64,000 nt of DNA from Gnetum montanum. Taxonomy: Eukaryota > Plantae > Gnetophyta. Location of the stretch: NCBI GenBank assembly GCA_015680685.1, contig MNCI01000406.1, positions 582,045 through 646,044 of the forward strand. The letters are read 5' to 3'. Positions 26,000 through 39,627 of the stretch are shown one piece after another (the stretch's first letter is position 1; every line of letters starts with the position of its first letter). Position numbers and translations under genes: made by a program. The notes below the pieces were generated by a model. It had not been told where the DNA came from. It worked only from the letters and a program-made list of their open reading frames with translations, and did not search any database.

Positions 26000-26900
26000 T
26001 ATGTAAAATTGCAAATAGCCTTATTCAATAGATGCTCACCCTCATTGACATCGATTCACCATTAAACCCATCAACAACCTCAATTAATGGATAAACAAAA
26101 TTAACAAAGCTCTTAATCTTTTTTCTATCCTCAAGAAAATCCTACAAATACAAAATTAGAGTCCTCTTAAATACTTTTGTCCTAAACAACAAGAACATAG
26201 AGTTTAGCAATAACTTTGTATCCTCCAGCAACCCACAATCAATAAATTTAATTCAACTTATAATAGTTATGCATTGTAGCCACTATAAGAAATTTTTAGG
26301 ATAAAGTTAATGTAGGCTTCATAATGTAAGCATACATTGATATAATATTTGATAACTATTACATCTCTAAGAAGACTAGCCCTTAATAATTAGTGATATA
26401 AAAAGAAATTACAATGACTTTAATGCTTCAAACCATCTTGTTGGTATGATTCTGGAGATTCTAAAACATTGTGATGTTGTAAAATGTGTAGCAATATGAC
26501 TTGAGAATTGATTCAAAGAATGCTTTCCTTTTGTCATGCAACTTTCAAAACATGAACAATTTGAAGAAAATATATTATGTAGAAAGCTAGAATTTCTAGA
26601 GATATTTAAGTTAAAGGAACATTGAACAAAAAATAATACTATATTTGTCTAGTGATTAAAAAGTTGGAAAAACAAATTTTACTAGCTTTTTGAAAATTTT
26701 GAAAAATTTAAAAACTAGGCAAACATTCAAGAAAAAGCCAATTGAAAAAAGCCAAACATGTTTAGAAAGGAAATATTTTTGAGGTTTCATATTGCACAAC
26801 ATATAAATATGCATAATAGACATAGAAAATACAATTATGGAGAGGGGTTTATGCCTTGGTGATTGTTACGAAATCTCGAATAGTAAGTCGATGCTAAGCT
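26000..26900 (-). pseudogene. Ancient Tat-like gag C-terminus/protease relic
   Basis: Minus-strand GFNGES (protease flap-like) at ~26080-26060 and a YC..F..HT..LK-like motif at ~26500-26410; heavily decayed. Confidence 0.4.
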
Positions 26901-27029
26901 AAAATGCCTTTAAAAACTTGAACTTACAACTCATTGATTGATAAACCAATGACTTATAAATATACCTCCACCTAATTAGCCTAATATATTTTGGGGTTTC
27001 AAATCTATAAGTTATTATTTATTAAATCT

Positions 27030-30000
27030 AAGATGTAGGGTTGGCAAGCTAGCTCTGCTATCTTGTGGGCAATTGAAGGCTTTGGATTATTTCAAGTGGA
27101 ACATTACAACTTTTCTTCCAGACTCTAGAGTTTGGGTTACAAACTTCTATGGGGTCCAATTGTGGGAAGGTTGGGTACAGGAGCTGTAGAGGATTGTGGA
27201 TCTTGTCCTAGACCTATAGTGCTAGATGATTTTTGGAGACTTCAATCAACACCTTTATGGATGGGAGAAATCGAATGATGGGGATCAGGAAGCTCTGGGA
27301 GATTGGGAGTACCTAGAGTTTCTAGAGAAGAATGTGTTGGTTGACTTAGATATTTGGGGATGCCACTTCACATGGAATAATTGATAGCAAGGGACTAATT
27401 AGGTTATGAATAAGATTGATCATTTTTGGATCTGTCCCCATTTCTTCATGAAAAAAGGGATCATGGTGATGGCCCTGGAAAGGGTGGTCTCAAATCATTG
27501 AGCTATTGTCTATTGCGTTAGTGATGGTCTGATAGGAATACCTAGGCATTTTAGTTTTAAACATTATTAGCTCTACAAACCATGGATGAGACCTTTGGTG
27601 GCTAAAATCTAGAGGACTTACATGAGGTCACATGACCCTTAGGACTTTCTGAAGAAGGGGTTGTCTTAGTTAAAATAGGCCTTGAAAAGGAACTAGTTTA
27701 AGGATAAGTCCTCTTTTAGAAGTAAGAAAGGGTAGCTTGTGAAAAGTCTTATGGAGATTTGGGGTAGGAGGATGGGAGGTTCTTTCCCAGCTTCAGGTAG
27801 TTGACAAAGATGCAGAGGCTTACTAGCGACAATGGTCTAGAGCATGCTAGCTAAAAGATGGGGATTGAAATAGAAATTTTTTATTTGTGGATGCATCTAT
27901 GGTAAAATTTTCTAAGTTGATTTCTCATCTCTCTTTCCAAGGACATGAGATTACTAGAGAGGATAAGGTTTCTCAAACTTTGATGAACTTTTGGTCTGAT
28001 ATATGAAGGAGGTGACTGGTGTAGACATTGGTTGTGCATGTTGAATCTATTTTGTAGAATAAGAATCATTGTTGTTTGTTGTTCCCCTTCTCCATGTTTG
28101 AGTTGGAGGAAGATTTGGGATCCATGAAAGTGGGTACAGTGTTAGGACCTAATGGATTGTTGGTGGAATTTTTTCTAAGTTTCATTAACCTTCTTGAAGA
28201 TAACATCTTTGATCATTCAATGCTATGTTACATTGGTGCTAGATATTCTAGGAGATTAGTTGTGTCAAGATTAATTTAATTATAAAGTCAAATTTAACTT
28301 TGAAGCTTGCCCACTTTCAGCTGATTGGTGTTTGCAACATCCTTCTTCATATTTTTTTGAAGATGCTAGTGTCACGGTTAAGCCTGTTGATGACTAGGTT
28401 GGTGGGGCCTACTCAAGTGGGATTTATTAAGGGAAGGCACATTTAGGATCAGATTATTTTTGTGCAAGAGGTCCTACATTTTCTTATATTGATGAGGTAC
28501 CTAGGTTTGTGCCTTAAGCTTGATACCTTGAAGGCATATGATATTGTGTCATGGGAGGCGCTGGAGGAAATTATGCTAAGAAAAAGATTTTACCCCAAGT
28601 TTGTGAAGTTGTGCTTGTCCATTCAATAGTCTAGTGGATTCTCTCTAGACTTGGAAGGAAAGTTATGGGGGTTCTCTTCTCTAGGGAGAGGATTAAGGCA
28701 AGGGGATCCCTTGTCTCCCTATTTCTTCATTTTGGTCATGGATATTCTTTAGGCATATTATGAGGTAGAGGGAGTTAGGGAATTGGAGATCATGAGAATT
28801 AAGTATCTTGTTGAACATTACATGAATGATACCATCATCTTCTCCCATGCGGTCGTTCCATAGATCATGGTTATTAACAAAGCACTAGCACATATGGCTG
28901 TGGAGGTTGGACTAGAGATCAACAAAGGGAAGTCATTGGCTCATCTACTAAACACTCCTACTAGGGTGCAGGGGTTGGTCATTTAGCACTTGGGTCTTCC
29001 TAGATCATTAGATGATGCTTAATTGGGGCTTCTCCTAGACAACTAGCATAAGAGACAAGTTTGGAGGTGTTTGGTGCAAAGACTTTAGAAGAGAACAACT
29101 CATTGGATGACTTAGTTCTTGACTCGTGTGAGTAGGATCCTTTTGGATTCTTTAGTTTTGGCGGCCATGGCTAGATATGTGGATTTAGTGGCTCATCCAC
29201 CTATGGGGGTGGTGGAATGAATTGATCAAATTATGCATAACCTTACATGATCTAGTGGCAAAGGGGGACAAAGACTTCACTTGGTCAAGTGAGATGTTGT
29301 GACTCATCCAAAGAAGACTAGGGGCTAGCGATCCCTAAATTCTAGGATATTATTAAACTTGAGAATCATGCTCTTGCCAATAGGCTTATTAGGATAGGAC
29401 CTCAACCTATGCAATGGTTACAGGTGATGGCTAGGGATTACTAGAGGTGGAAAGCTCATTCTCATGATTCACACATGTGGAGGTTCATCTGTCGATATGT
29501 TAGGAGGGTGATGCCATGCAGATTATTAGGGACTCTACAAAAAGAGTTAATTAGTCATAAATACCCCATGGTTCATGATTGGGGGAGGGTTTGTGGAAGG
29601 GTAAACTTTAGAAGAAAATTAATTTTTTTCTTTGGCCAATATAGCACTCTGCACTTTCGGTAAAAGAGAAACTTAAGCAATGAGGGGTAAATATTTAGGA
29701 CACATGTCCTATGTGGATGGTTGCAATGGAATCATAGAATCATTTCCTTTTTAACTATGACTTTTTCAGCTAGGTAACACATGCCATGAATCTTTGGCAA
29801 GATTTGAAAATTTCTGGGGATTCTCTAGCAATAGCAGTTCTCTGCACGCTATGGAAAGCATGTAATTGTTGGGTGTTTTGCGGTGTCACACTACCTCCAC
29901 CTATGCAAATTATAGTTCAAGGGCTCAAAATATGGGTGGAAGTGTAGGTGACCATGGGGGTGACACCAGTGGTAGAACCAAATTATGATGCCTACCACGC

Positions 30001-30600
30001 CAACCTGATGCTTTTGGGGTTGGTGCAATAGGCTAGGTGGGTAGACCTTTGTCCTCGCCTGGAATAGGAGGTGGGCTTGGTAGATGAGACCTTCTTTGTG
30101 AATTAGACAGGAAATGTTACTTTTTTTAGGGGGTGCACATCACTTTGACTATGGAGTCTATGGAAAAGCTACTAGGGTTGCCTATGAAGGGGGAGATAAT
30201 CCTCATGCATAAATGGGGCTTACAAGATGCCATGGAAATTTTCACTCGGCCCATCCCCAAGACTGGGAGTGGGTAGGTTTTAAGGTTAGCTCTACTAGCA
30301 TTGTGTCAAGATGCCACAAACCTAGTGGAGTAATTCTTTCTTCAATGAAGTAATGTTTCCAAATTTATAGATCTTTGCTTCACCTTTATGTGCAGCTTAT
30401 GTAGGGTGTGCAGTTAAATCTGTTGCATTTTTTCCTTAATGCTTTAAGGAGATAGCGGTAGGGGTAGCACTTGGATCTTATTTTAGTGTTGTGATAGGTG
30501 GCAGCCATGGGGGTTCCTCCCTTAGGGGATGGGGTGCCAACATGCATGGTCTATAAGTGAAGGAAATCGTGATGTCTAGTGCCGGTTGTGGTGGAGATCT
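27030..30600 (+). mobile_element. L1 LINE, nearly complete decayed ORF2 (APE endonuclease, RT, zf-RVT, C-terminal domain)
   Basis: VDLDIWGCHFTWNN..KIDHF (~27340-27425); GPNG..EFF (28145); LKLD..KAYD (28515); RGLRQGDPLSPYFF (28690-28730); YMND at the YADD position (28820); zf-RVT ~29570-29790. Confidence 0.92.
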
Positions 30601-30609
30601 CCAGCAAGT

Positions 30610-31700
30610 CAAAAAAAGACTTTTCATATCATCCTAACTTGTGATACTATTGCTTGGTAAGTTTGAATACCAAATCTGATCCATATCCTTTAAATTTGCC
30701 ACAAATAACCTACAGGGTTGATCTTGGTGTTGATATTTGCATGAGCTAAGGCTAACTCAAATAAGTGAATGTATTCTTCAACCAAGTAAGCTTTTCCAAA
30801 AATAAAAGAATTAGAAAAATATTTGTAAACTACCTTTGAAATATCATTGTAGTTTTGAAATCCTAATGGTGTAACTCTTTGTCAAGGATTTCTCATCCTA
30901 TTAGAATTTGTTTGATCATTGAACTCTTATACTTCTTTGACTTTCTCTTATAAACTAGTAAACTAGATAGAAGAGGTGATCTTCTTATCTTTCTAGTCTT
31001 TACTCCACTACTTTTTCTAAACTCAAGAATCTTTTTCTTCTGTTCTTCTTTTGATGAATAATCAATCTTAAAATTAAGAATTTCTTTGAAACCTTTGAAA
31101 TCTTCCAAACTCTTAGTCTGTTTGATCATTAACCGAAAATAGCATATGATTTCTTAAATCCTTCTAGCAACAAATAATTGTTGGTATGCTATGATTATCA
31201 TGCTTATGGACATAGAGGAAAAATTTTTATCCCTTCTACTATCAAAAGAACTATCAGTGACCATTTGGGATGTGGCCACTAATAGGTGGAGGCCTCACAA
31301 TCTCGTGACCTTGGGAAGTCATGGTATCGAAGGTGATCTTCAAATAGGGTTAAGGTGCTTGCTAGTCTCTAGCAACACCAAGGCCCAAATGCCTCCAAAT
31401 AAACTCAGTAGTTATAAAATGTACTAGATGTGAGTTTGTGTTTGTTGTTGTGAATGTTGAAATGGTTAGGTTATCTATAAAACTATAATCAGCTATCATA
31501 AAATAGATTTGGCTAACTTTATCAAATACTATGAGTTGTTGAAGGTTCCTATTTTGTTCAATCACGTAGTCTATACAATCCCTATAGTATGCTACTTGTA
31601 ATAAATAAATTTTTGTAAACATTTTTGAGCACAATTCTGCCAATCTACTTCTAATTTCCCTTAGAGTGAAAGTTCCACAAGAAAACTAGAAATAGAGTAG
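30610..31700 (-). pseudogene. Ty3/gypsy (Tat-like) gag N-terminal relic, cut by the L1
   Basis: 30790-30610 translates EEYIHLFELA..CRLFVANLKD..QIWYSNLPSNSITS*DDMKSLF (Retrotrans_gag-like; one frameshift). Confidence 0.65.
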
Positions 31701-33078
31701 ATTTAATGAACTTAGAAAGAGAAAGAAAAGAAAGTAGATTTATGTAAAATCTCAAATATTTAAGCAAGATAAGTTGATATGAGTAAACACTTCACAGAAA
31801 AGCTATTTCTAATTTAATAACTATGAATTGTTCAAATTTTTTGAGCTCAACAAGAAATTTCATAAAGATAATCTTATTATACTACCCAAAATTGCTACGT
31901 AAACGACAAAGTACAAGTCTCTCTTTAAGCTAGTTAATAAATGTTTAAGAATGCATTCAATCGAGCTTTAAAAAATATTTGACAATTTCTTGATTGAAAC
32001 ACCGAGGCAATACACTTTAAATAATGAAGCTATTTTAGTCCCATCAAAATACCAAATATTTTCCTAGATTATCTATGCTCAAAATAGGCAATTTCATTAA
32101 GACATTACTATTAAATTGCTCTTGAGGCTTTCAAAAACATGAACTCTTCTATGGCTAATCTAATAGAAGTCTAATATTGTGCAAAAATATAGCTATAAAA
32201 GTAACCTAGGAAAAATCCCAAAATTAAATACTAAGCACAATACTATCTAAACCATTAGTTAAGTAACTAAAACAAAATGGGAAGAAATGAACTCACATGA
32301 TTAAAGCAAAGTAGTCAAATTGATATCTTTAGCAAGCCATCTTACAAATAATCTTCAATTTTCTTTTCCAAATCCTTCATATGAAAATTAACTTAGGCTA
32401 AATAAAGCTACATAGACCCACATAGTCATTGCTATATGCACACACATTATCTTCTCAAAATCATATTGTAACTTATGGCCTCCATGGTATAAGTAATATT
32501 CTTAATAATGCCTCATACAACTTTCCTAAAAATGAAATGCAATTTCTCTAGTGTTGTTTGAGTGCAAGGGTTTGCTACTACCATGTTGCCACTACTACAC
32601 TACCTTCATTGTTGTGTTTCTCAGGGGCATGTAACCTGTGCAGGAGTGGTGTCGCCATGGCAAGCAAGCACGTGTTGAAACCACAACTTCATTTAGCATC
32701 CATGGCACATTAATGTATTCTCTGGTAATTGCAGAGCTATTTGAAATGCATGGAGCTCCTTCTATTGGCTCATCTTTATCCTACAACCACTAGTGCTCCC
32801 AACTCCATCGCTATTGGTACAAACCATGTCTTCAATTAATTATGGTATCCACGTTGGCACTGCCTCCATCGTTGTCGTCAACTTTGAAATTTGAACTATT
32901 CATTTATTTTAAATCATTTATTTAGAGTTTGCAATTGGCCCTCTTTGAGTTGGATTGAATCATTGTTAAGCATTGAATTACCTCTCTAATTTTCTAGCTT
33001 TGCCCTAGCTATGTTGCCAACATTATTGTGCATTACGGTTATTCATTTTCATTAAAAAATTTCAAATGTTGTTGTTAA

Positions 33079-34334
33079 TTTTTTTTGCACATAGGTGAGT
33101 GACAAATTCATCAATTTTGATGAAGTGTAGGGAAGAACCATGATGCAGTGTTACTAAAAAACATTGGTTTTCTCCTTGAATAGATGAAATTTCTCAGGTA
33201 GCAAAAAACTTTGCTTGATGATGATGAGCTATGTTAATCATTTCTACCCTAGTTGAAGCAAGGTTTTTGATTTGATAATGTTAACTCCTATTTTTTTGCT
33301 GCTCCAGTAACTTTGATATAATTTCATAGATTAATAGTAGACCTTCACTATTCTTTGGTTTCAATTATCTTTTTCATTTTATAGAGTACAAAATCAAAGA
33401 GGATTTTTCTTGATAATGTTACAGTACACCTCAACTTTTCACTTGCCAAATTGTTGGCATCCTGGCCATTGGTTTTTTTTCTAAATGCTTATTTCAAATT
33501 GATTATTTCCACTAGAATCTATAACATAAGGACTTTGTAATAGGCTTATCTTGAATTCCCAAAAAAAATATTGATTTCCTGTGTATCCATTTAAATTTGA
33601 TGATCTAGAGATATTGTGAATTTAGAAACAATTCATTCCATATTATATATAGGATTATTCCATTTCTTTGAAAGTTTATGGAAAATAGTTTGGTAAAATT
33701 ATACATCCAAACATCATCATCCTCTACATAGAGAGCCATTTTGTTGATGTAGCCCTTGACCTTCATCATGTCATTTAGTATAAGATGTGACAATACAAGC
33801 ATTGCATTTTTCTACATTGAGAGAGATTCATCATGAAGGCATTCATACATATGCTCAATCCAAGGTTCCAAAAGGTTAGGAAATCACATTGCTAGGTATT
33901 CTAATGCAATAACACAATTGGATTGAATGATATCCATAGTGGTATTTTTGGACACTATGAGAAGAAGCTATAAATTTGCCTTCTAGAAATCAACATCAAT
34001 AACCATGAATTTGCCAAGAGCCAACATGGTAGGAGGCTACAATCCTAGAAAATTTTTCCAAAAGATTATAGTTTTTGCATAATTTTTGTAGCAACCGGTG
34101 CACATAAACCAATTAGGAAGTTTTCATTTTATCCACTTGAAACAATTTCCTTTTCAACCTTTTAAGTGAGATAATCTAGTTTTTCATTTTTATATAAATC
34201 ACACTCAGGTCAGCATTGATATTAACTTCCTGATATGTTTCTTCTAAATTTTCTAATGTATCAATCTCAATTAGTTTAGCTACATTAGCTTTAACTGTTG
34301 CTCCTTCAAATGGTCTAATGTGAAAATAGTTAGT
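33079..34334 (-). pseudogene. CAP-D2: Condensin I non-SMC subunit CAP-D2 (Cnd1 domain) pseudogene, intronless 3' fragment
   Basis: Minus strand reads INADL..LDYL..VEKEIVSSG..LIGLCAP..LCKN..MLALGKFMVID..NL*LL..SNCVIAL.YLA..FPNLLEPW.EHMY..L.D..KNAMLVLSHLILNDMMKVKGYINKMA..EDD..KLF..GNNPIYN, the conserved plant CAP-D2 signature. Continuous over ~34250-33640 with stops and frameshifts; T8 run at 33079-33086. Confidence 0.93.
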
Positions 34335-36805
34335 GAATTTACTTTTAATAACTTCAAGCTCCATGTTGGCTATCTTCAACTTTTGTTTAATCTATTTATG
34401 AAACTTGAATTTTGACTCATAGAGAAGGTAGGAATTGGTAACCTATTTCTTCAACTCTGATCTTGGCCTCCCCACTATCAACATTGCAAATTTTACTTAA
34501 CAAAGGTTGGCAAGCTTCATATATTCCATCATCTCCTCGATTTGCAACTCCTTTAGGTAGATATATTGTTTGTTGTATGCATTCAATTCATCAAAGATGG
34601 GCTGTCATACATCACCTCTCTGCTAGAGTTGTTAGAGGGCCTTATTCATCTTTCCCTTTGCCAATTTTATCTCATTTTTGTTGATCTCCTTGAGTATCCC
34701 AACCTGGTCCTTGTAATTATTCTTCACTAATTCAAATTTTAGGACCTCATTCTTCCAAGCAGCTACCTCAATTGTAGCCTTTTGGCAAAGAGCATGGACT
34801 TCCTCCATCAAGAGATTACGATTTTCTACTACCAACCTTCTTAAATTCAAGTTCATCTTGGTATCTACTCTTGCTAATAGTATATATACCTGAACAATTA
34901 GTCCTTTTGTTGGTTAGCATTCCACAGGTAATGATTGTTCTTAGTGAAAACCAAGTTCTCCTTATGAATCTGCAATAGGTCCTTATTAGTGTTATTGGTC
35001 ATGGCATTTGACATGGATGCGTTGAAGATCTTCATCTCCTTCACATTCTCGACTAAAGCTACTAGAAAGCTTCATCTTGTGTAAGCTCTATTCTAAGAAT
35101 GCTTGGGTTGGAGAGAAAAGCTCTCAACTCAGCAACTTCAGTGGCTAATCATTGATTAGTTATGATGACCTCCTCAAGTTATGCATTGGCAATTAATAGT
35201 TTGTTCTTACCTTGAGCAACTACAACTAGTTTGTGGTGATTTCATCCAAAAAATCAAAGATCTTCGAAAGAAATTACTTGACTCTAACCAATATTTCCAA
35301 CACATCCTTGTGTTAGGCAATGCTCATCCAATTACTTCTTGCTCCTGCAAATACATGGATGTCCACAATTACAACAATGTTTGGTATAGACACTGTAAGA
35401 ACATTTAGGACCTCTAGTACCCTATCAATCATCACCTCCACTACTATCTCCTAGTCCTTATGTTGCCTCACCAAGACTTTTACCCCTTTACCTTCCTCCA
35501 ACATGATAGAGAAGGCTGCAACATTTCCTAAAATCTCATGAAATGTTTATCCACAAATGAAAAGTATGACCTCTTAAAAACTCAGATTAGGCCTGGTGAA
35601 TGTTTGGTTTCTTGATGTGGAAAATAGTAGGATTGTCTCACTATCCAATGAATTAATGGTCCTTGCAACCTTGTTGAGATGGCTCATGGTTGGATGGTAT
35701 ATGGATGACTTCCCATCACCTAAGACTCCCTACTATTACTCTAGCTGCTACTTTCAAAGTTTTCTAAATTGTTTAGTAGCTACAAGAATCTTTAGTGTAG
35801 TCTCTATGACTGCAAGTCAAGGTGGTGGTGGTTGCTCTTCTTCTTACAGCTTTGCTAATTCCTTATCCTGCATTATCTCCTATCAAGATGCAATAGGAAT
35901 GTAATGGACCACATCATTGGAATAGCAAGTTATTCTTTTCTTTTTGCACAACTTGTGGATTAGGCATGGAAATGGAAGTGTCTTCCTACTTTTCTCATTT
36001 TCCTTGATGTGTTTTTTAATCTTTAAGAAAATCATTTGGGGTAGGTTGACTAGGAATTTCCTACTTAGAGCAGCATATGCCCTAGCAAAAAAGGCTCTCA
36101 CCTTACTGGGACTCACCATTGGATTTAGGTGATAGACCATAATCTTAAAAGATGCTCTTTCCATGTTTGTGAGGATGTCATACACGTTATGGTCCATCCC
36201 ATAGCATTGTTGGATCCACTTTTTCTTAGCTTCTAGGTTTGCTTGCATGGATATCTCAACCAACTTTGCTCTTATGTTAGGAAAATTGAGGGCCTATGTT
36301 ATGGCCTCAACCGAGTAAGAGATGGTTATGTCCTTGATCTTCACTGATGCATCTCCTTGTCAGTTGTTCTAAAATAAGTAAGTCTCCCCCATGTATCATT
36401 CTCTACTATTAGAGAGAATGGACCACAAGAAAGACCCCTATAGTTGTGTCTAGATCTTCTCTAGTGCTAGCTCCAAGAAGGGTCCAAAGTTCAATTATTG
36501 CAAGATAGAACTTTGGACCTCCTTGGTCCTAATGTGCTGCAAACAAGCCTCTATCAAAGTAACCCCTAGGTTAGACCTTAGCATTTGAGCCTCATATTGT
36601 TTGGATTGGCTTGTTTCTATAGTTGTAATCTACCTAACATATTTCACTTAAGTTTTTCCTAAAGAGGTCCAATAGCATGGGTAACCTTAGCTGCTTTTTC
36701 TTGGGGCTACTACGATTGTTGTTATTATTGGACCCTTCCTCCTTGAGGTTACTTTTCCCTAATTTTTGAAGGACCTCTCACTTGTGGTCCTCATTTTAGT
36801 GTCAT
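34335..36805 (-). pseudogene. Accessory ('env-like'/Athila ORF-type) protein with C-terminal coiled coil, element C
   Basis: VNLPQMIF..LPFPCLIHKLCKK (35883-36263) and ENRNLLMEEVHALCQK (34632-34856) match D 44038-44490 and 45390-45760. Confidence 0.8.
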
Positions 36806-39474
36806 CTATGATCATAAACATAACCCATGATTAGCTTTCCAATTCATAACCTCTAGTTATTTGCATACCTTTCTTTATTAGATCATGTTATATTTTTGTT
36901 TTTAAGTGTTAAATGTTAAACGTTTAAGTAATGGTTTGTGATATTCGCTAAGTATATTATTTAAATATTATTTTATTTTTTAGTATCAAAGTTTGTTCGT
37001 TAGTTGTAACCCTTTATGGTAATTAATTTAATATTATTTTGATGGATTAACCATGGGAAGTTAGAAAATTTTCAAAAAAAAATTCACCAAAAACCAAAGG
37101 TTTGTGTCCCTTATGATGTAACGTGTACCTTCAATAGCATGAGGCTCAAAAAAACAACAAAATCAAATAAGAGGTGTGTGAGTTATGAGGCTCAAAAGAT
37201 CCTTAGGCTTTGAAAAACTACAAAAACTCATCTTTCTTTGTTGAATAATGGTGAAAATAAACTAAGTGTTGTGCATTTATATATACTTTTTATACTACAT
37301 CGACGAACCTATGTTGACTCATCTGACTATGTCGACATAGCTATACTTAGCTATTTTTCACATTAAGAAATGGAGGAATCCTGAATAAGTTTTGAAATAA
37401 AATAAGAATCCAATGGAAGCTAGAAGAATGGAAAATAATGACAACAACATAGTAGAGGGTAGGTTTAGCTTAGAAGAAGCAATTTGAGTGGAGTTGGATA
37501 AAGTTATGATGTCAAATAGAGCAAAAATGGATGTTGCAATGCTATTGGGATAATTGATTAAGCAAGTGATCTCTAGTAGGAAATTGAACTTAAATTAGAT
37601 AAAAGGAATGCAAACAAGTTCTCCCCAAAGCAAGCATAGGCTTCTCATGCCCTTGCATACCTTCATTGTAAGGACTTTATGAACCCTAAGGATGATGAAT
37701 GATTGATTTGAGTTAAATCCCATACCAATGGAAGAAATTATCCATGGGTTATGTGGTCTAGAAAAAAATTTGAATAATTTCCTATGGCATTAGATAGTGA
37801 GGTGGTAAACCATGAGATGAATGAATGATAGAGAAAAGATGTGGACAAGATTATCTACATCCTAGTCACACAAGGTTCTTGGTGAAAATTATGATTAAGA
37901 TGATCTGATACTAGTCCATTCCAAGTTGAGACAAAGGCCATTCTACTCTCAATGACCTTGCATCAACATATGCCTACTTTGCATAAATCAAAAATCTAGG
38001 ACAACCCTAAAGAATAATCATCACTCTAAGAGAAGAAGGGAGTAGAGAGCGCCTTAATTAGAGGGATGCCTTCAGGCATGGATAGCATGTCTTTGCAGCC
38101 CCATATAGCCCAGTATTCATTCTAAGGGATGTGCTTTGGATTTTTTTGTTATTTTTTTCATGGAAACTACACCATGCAAATACATGCTTCCATTTATGGT
38201 CAACGATAGGAGTGATGATATACCAATGGAGTATCATACAATCTTAAGAATGATGTTGAGGGAAATCGTATCAAATCCCCTTGAGGTCACACCCTATTCC
38301 ATTCCCACTTGGTCCTTTCTAAGTTCATTGGGTATCAAGATCATTGATTATTTTGTTAAGTTCTAATGTGAAAGAACCTTGTGTTTCCATGAAACTAATT
38401 TTCCATGGAATAAATGGAATGCGTGATTGTCATGAACTCACTACCTAATACCACTAGAAAGTTAATAGATTGTTAGTAGATCACATAATCCAAATACAAA
38501 AATTGGTCTTTTGTTTAATCAATCATAATAGTGATAGCATCCTTTAATACTTTTCCATATTTGCAATAGTAATGATCAAATTTAAGATTTCCAATAAACT
38601 AATGAAATTTATGAAATTGATAAAAGTAAAAAGAAAAAGAGAAAATACATAGAATAAACAAGAAAATATGTAAGAAAATGGTAAACATATAAAGAACAGT
38701 GTTAAACAAAAAGGGTGAAAAATAGGTTATCTCCATTAAGGTGTTAGGTTTGGATAGTCAGCTATCCCATGACTATGTTAAGAGGAGGAGATCCAAAAAA
38801 TAGAATGAGCCTATTCTAGTGCCGAGTCAGTGTTGGTTGTTTTTTATTTCAAGAATGGTTTAACTTGTTGTACATTGACCAATAAATGTTTATCAAGGCT
38901 TGATGGGTGGTTTCTGGTCATGGCTTTGGAAGGAAAAGTTGCATGTATGGTATAAGGTCCTTCCCATAATGTTTGAAATTTAGTGTGTTGTGGCACATGC
39001 ATGGGATTCCAACAAAGAACCTTATCACAAGGTTAAAATTTGACTCTTCTTATCCATGCATCATGACATTGTTTGGAATGTGCCTTGTGCACTTCATTCA
39101 TCATCAGGGCTACTTGTCAATTCTCATCTAGAACATTAAGTATTATTAGTCATTATTTCTATGCTAGATCAATGTTTATGTCAAGCTCACAAGCCATTGT
39201 GAGTATACAATGTTTGAATTGGATTGGAAGTTTGGGTAACTTTCTATATACCTACTCATAGGGAGAGTAGCTAATAGGAAGTTTCCAAGTTAAAAGATAT
39301 GCCCAAAGAGCATCATGAAATTTAGTACTCCACTCCCTCTTATACCTACTAATTGTTTATGATAGCATCCTAGTGATCTCCCTATTAGTAACTTTAGCTT
39401 GACCATTGGCTAGTGATAGGGAGTTGTGAGTTTATGCTGCACCCCAAAGTATTACATTAATTTCCAAAAAGTAG
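34335..39474 (-). mobile_element. Athila-like element C, internal fragment (integrase C-half, 3' non-coding region, accessory ORF; no LTRs)
   Basis: 38760-39474 is homologous to B integrase (4080-4790); 37600-38450 to B's 3' region; 34335-36805 to D's accessory ORF. Confidence 0.88.
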
Positions 39475-39486
39475 ATCACTCATCAT

Positions 39487-39504
39487 TGGCGCCGTTGTTG
39501 GGGA
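39487..39504 (+). promoter_or_regulatory. Primer-binding site, tRNA-Asp type (TGGCGCCGTTGTTGGGGA)
   Basis: Directly follows the LTR end CTCATCA. Confidence 0.9.
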
Positions 39505-39627
39505 ATGGTGCTAGTTATCTAGATTAGTTATATCATACAAGGTCACTGTATAGGAATTAATTATATATCTTTTAGGAAGAAATAATTACAAAAAGTCACA
39601 TACAAATTCACACATAATTTCACAACC

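Noticed and set aside
30850-31700. Lys-rich ORFs suggesting an endogenous caulimovirus
   Set aside because: They lead directly into a retrotransposon gag motif; no movement- or coat-protein signature.
32540-33070. Possible DNA-transposon end, or 3' LTR of element C
   Set aside because: No TIR/TSD identified and no similarity to the family's LTR termini or PPT.
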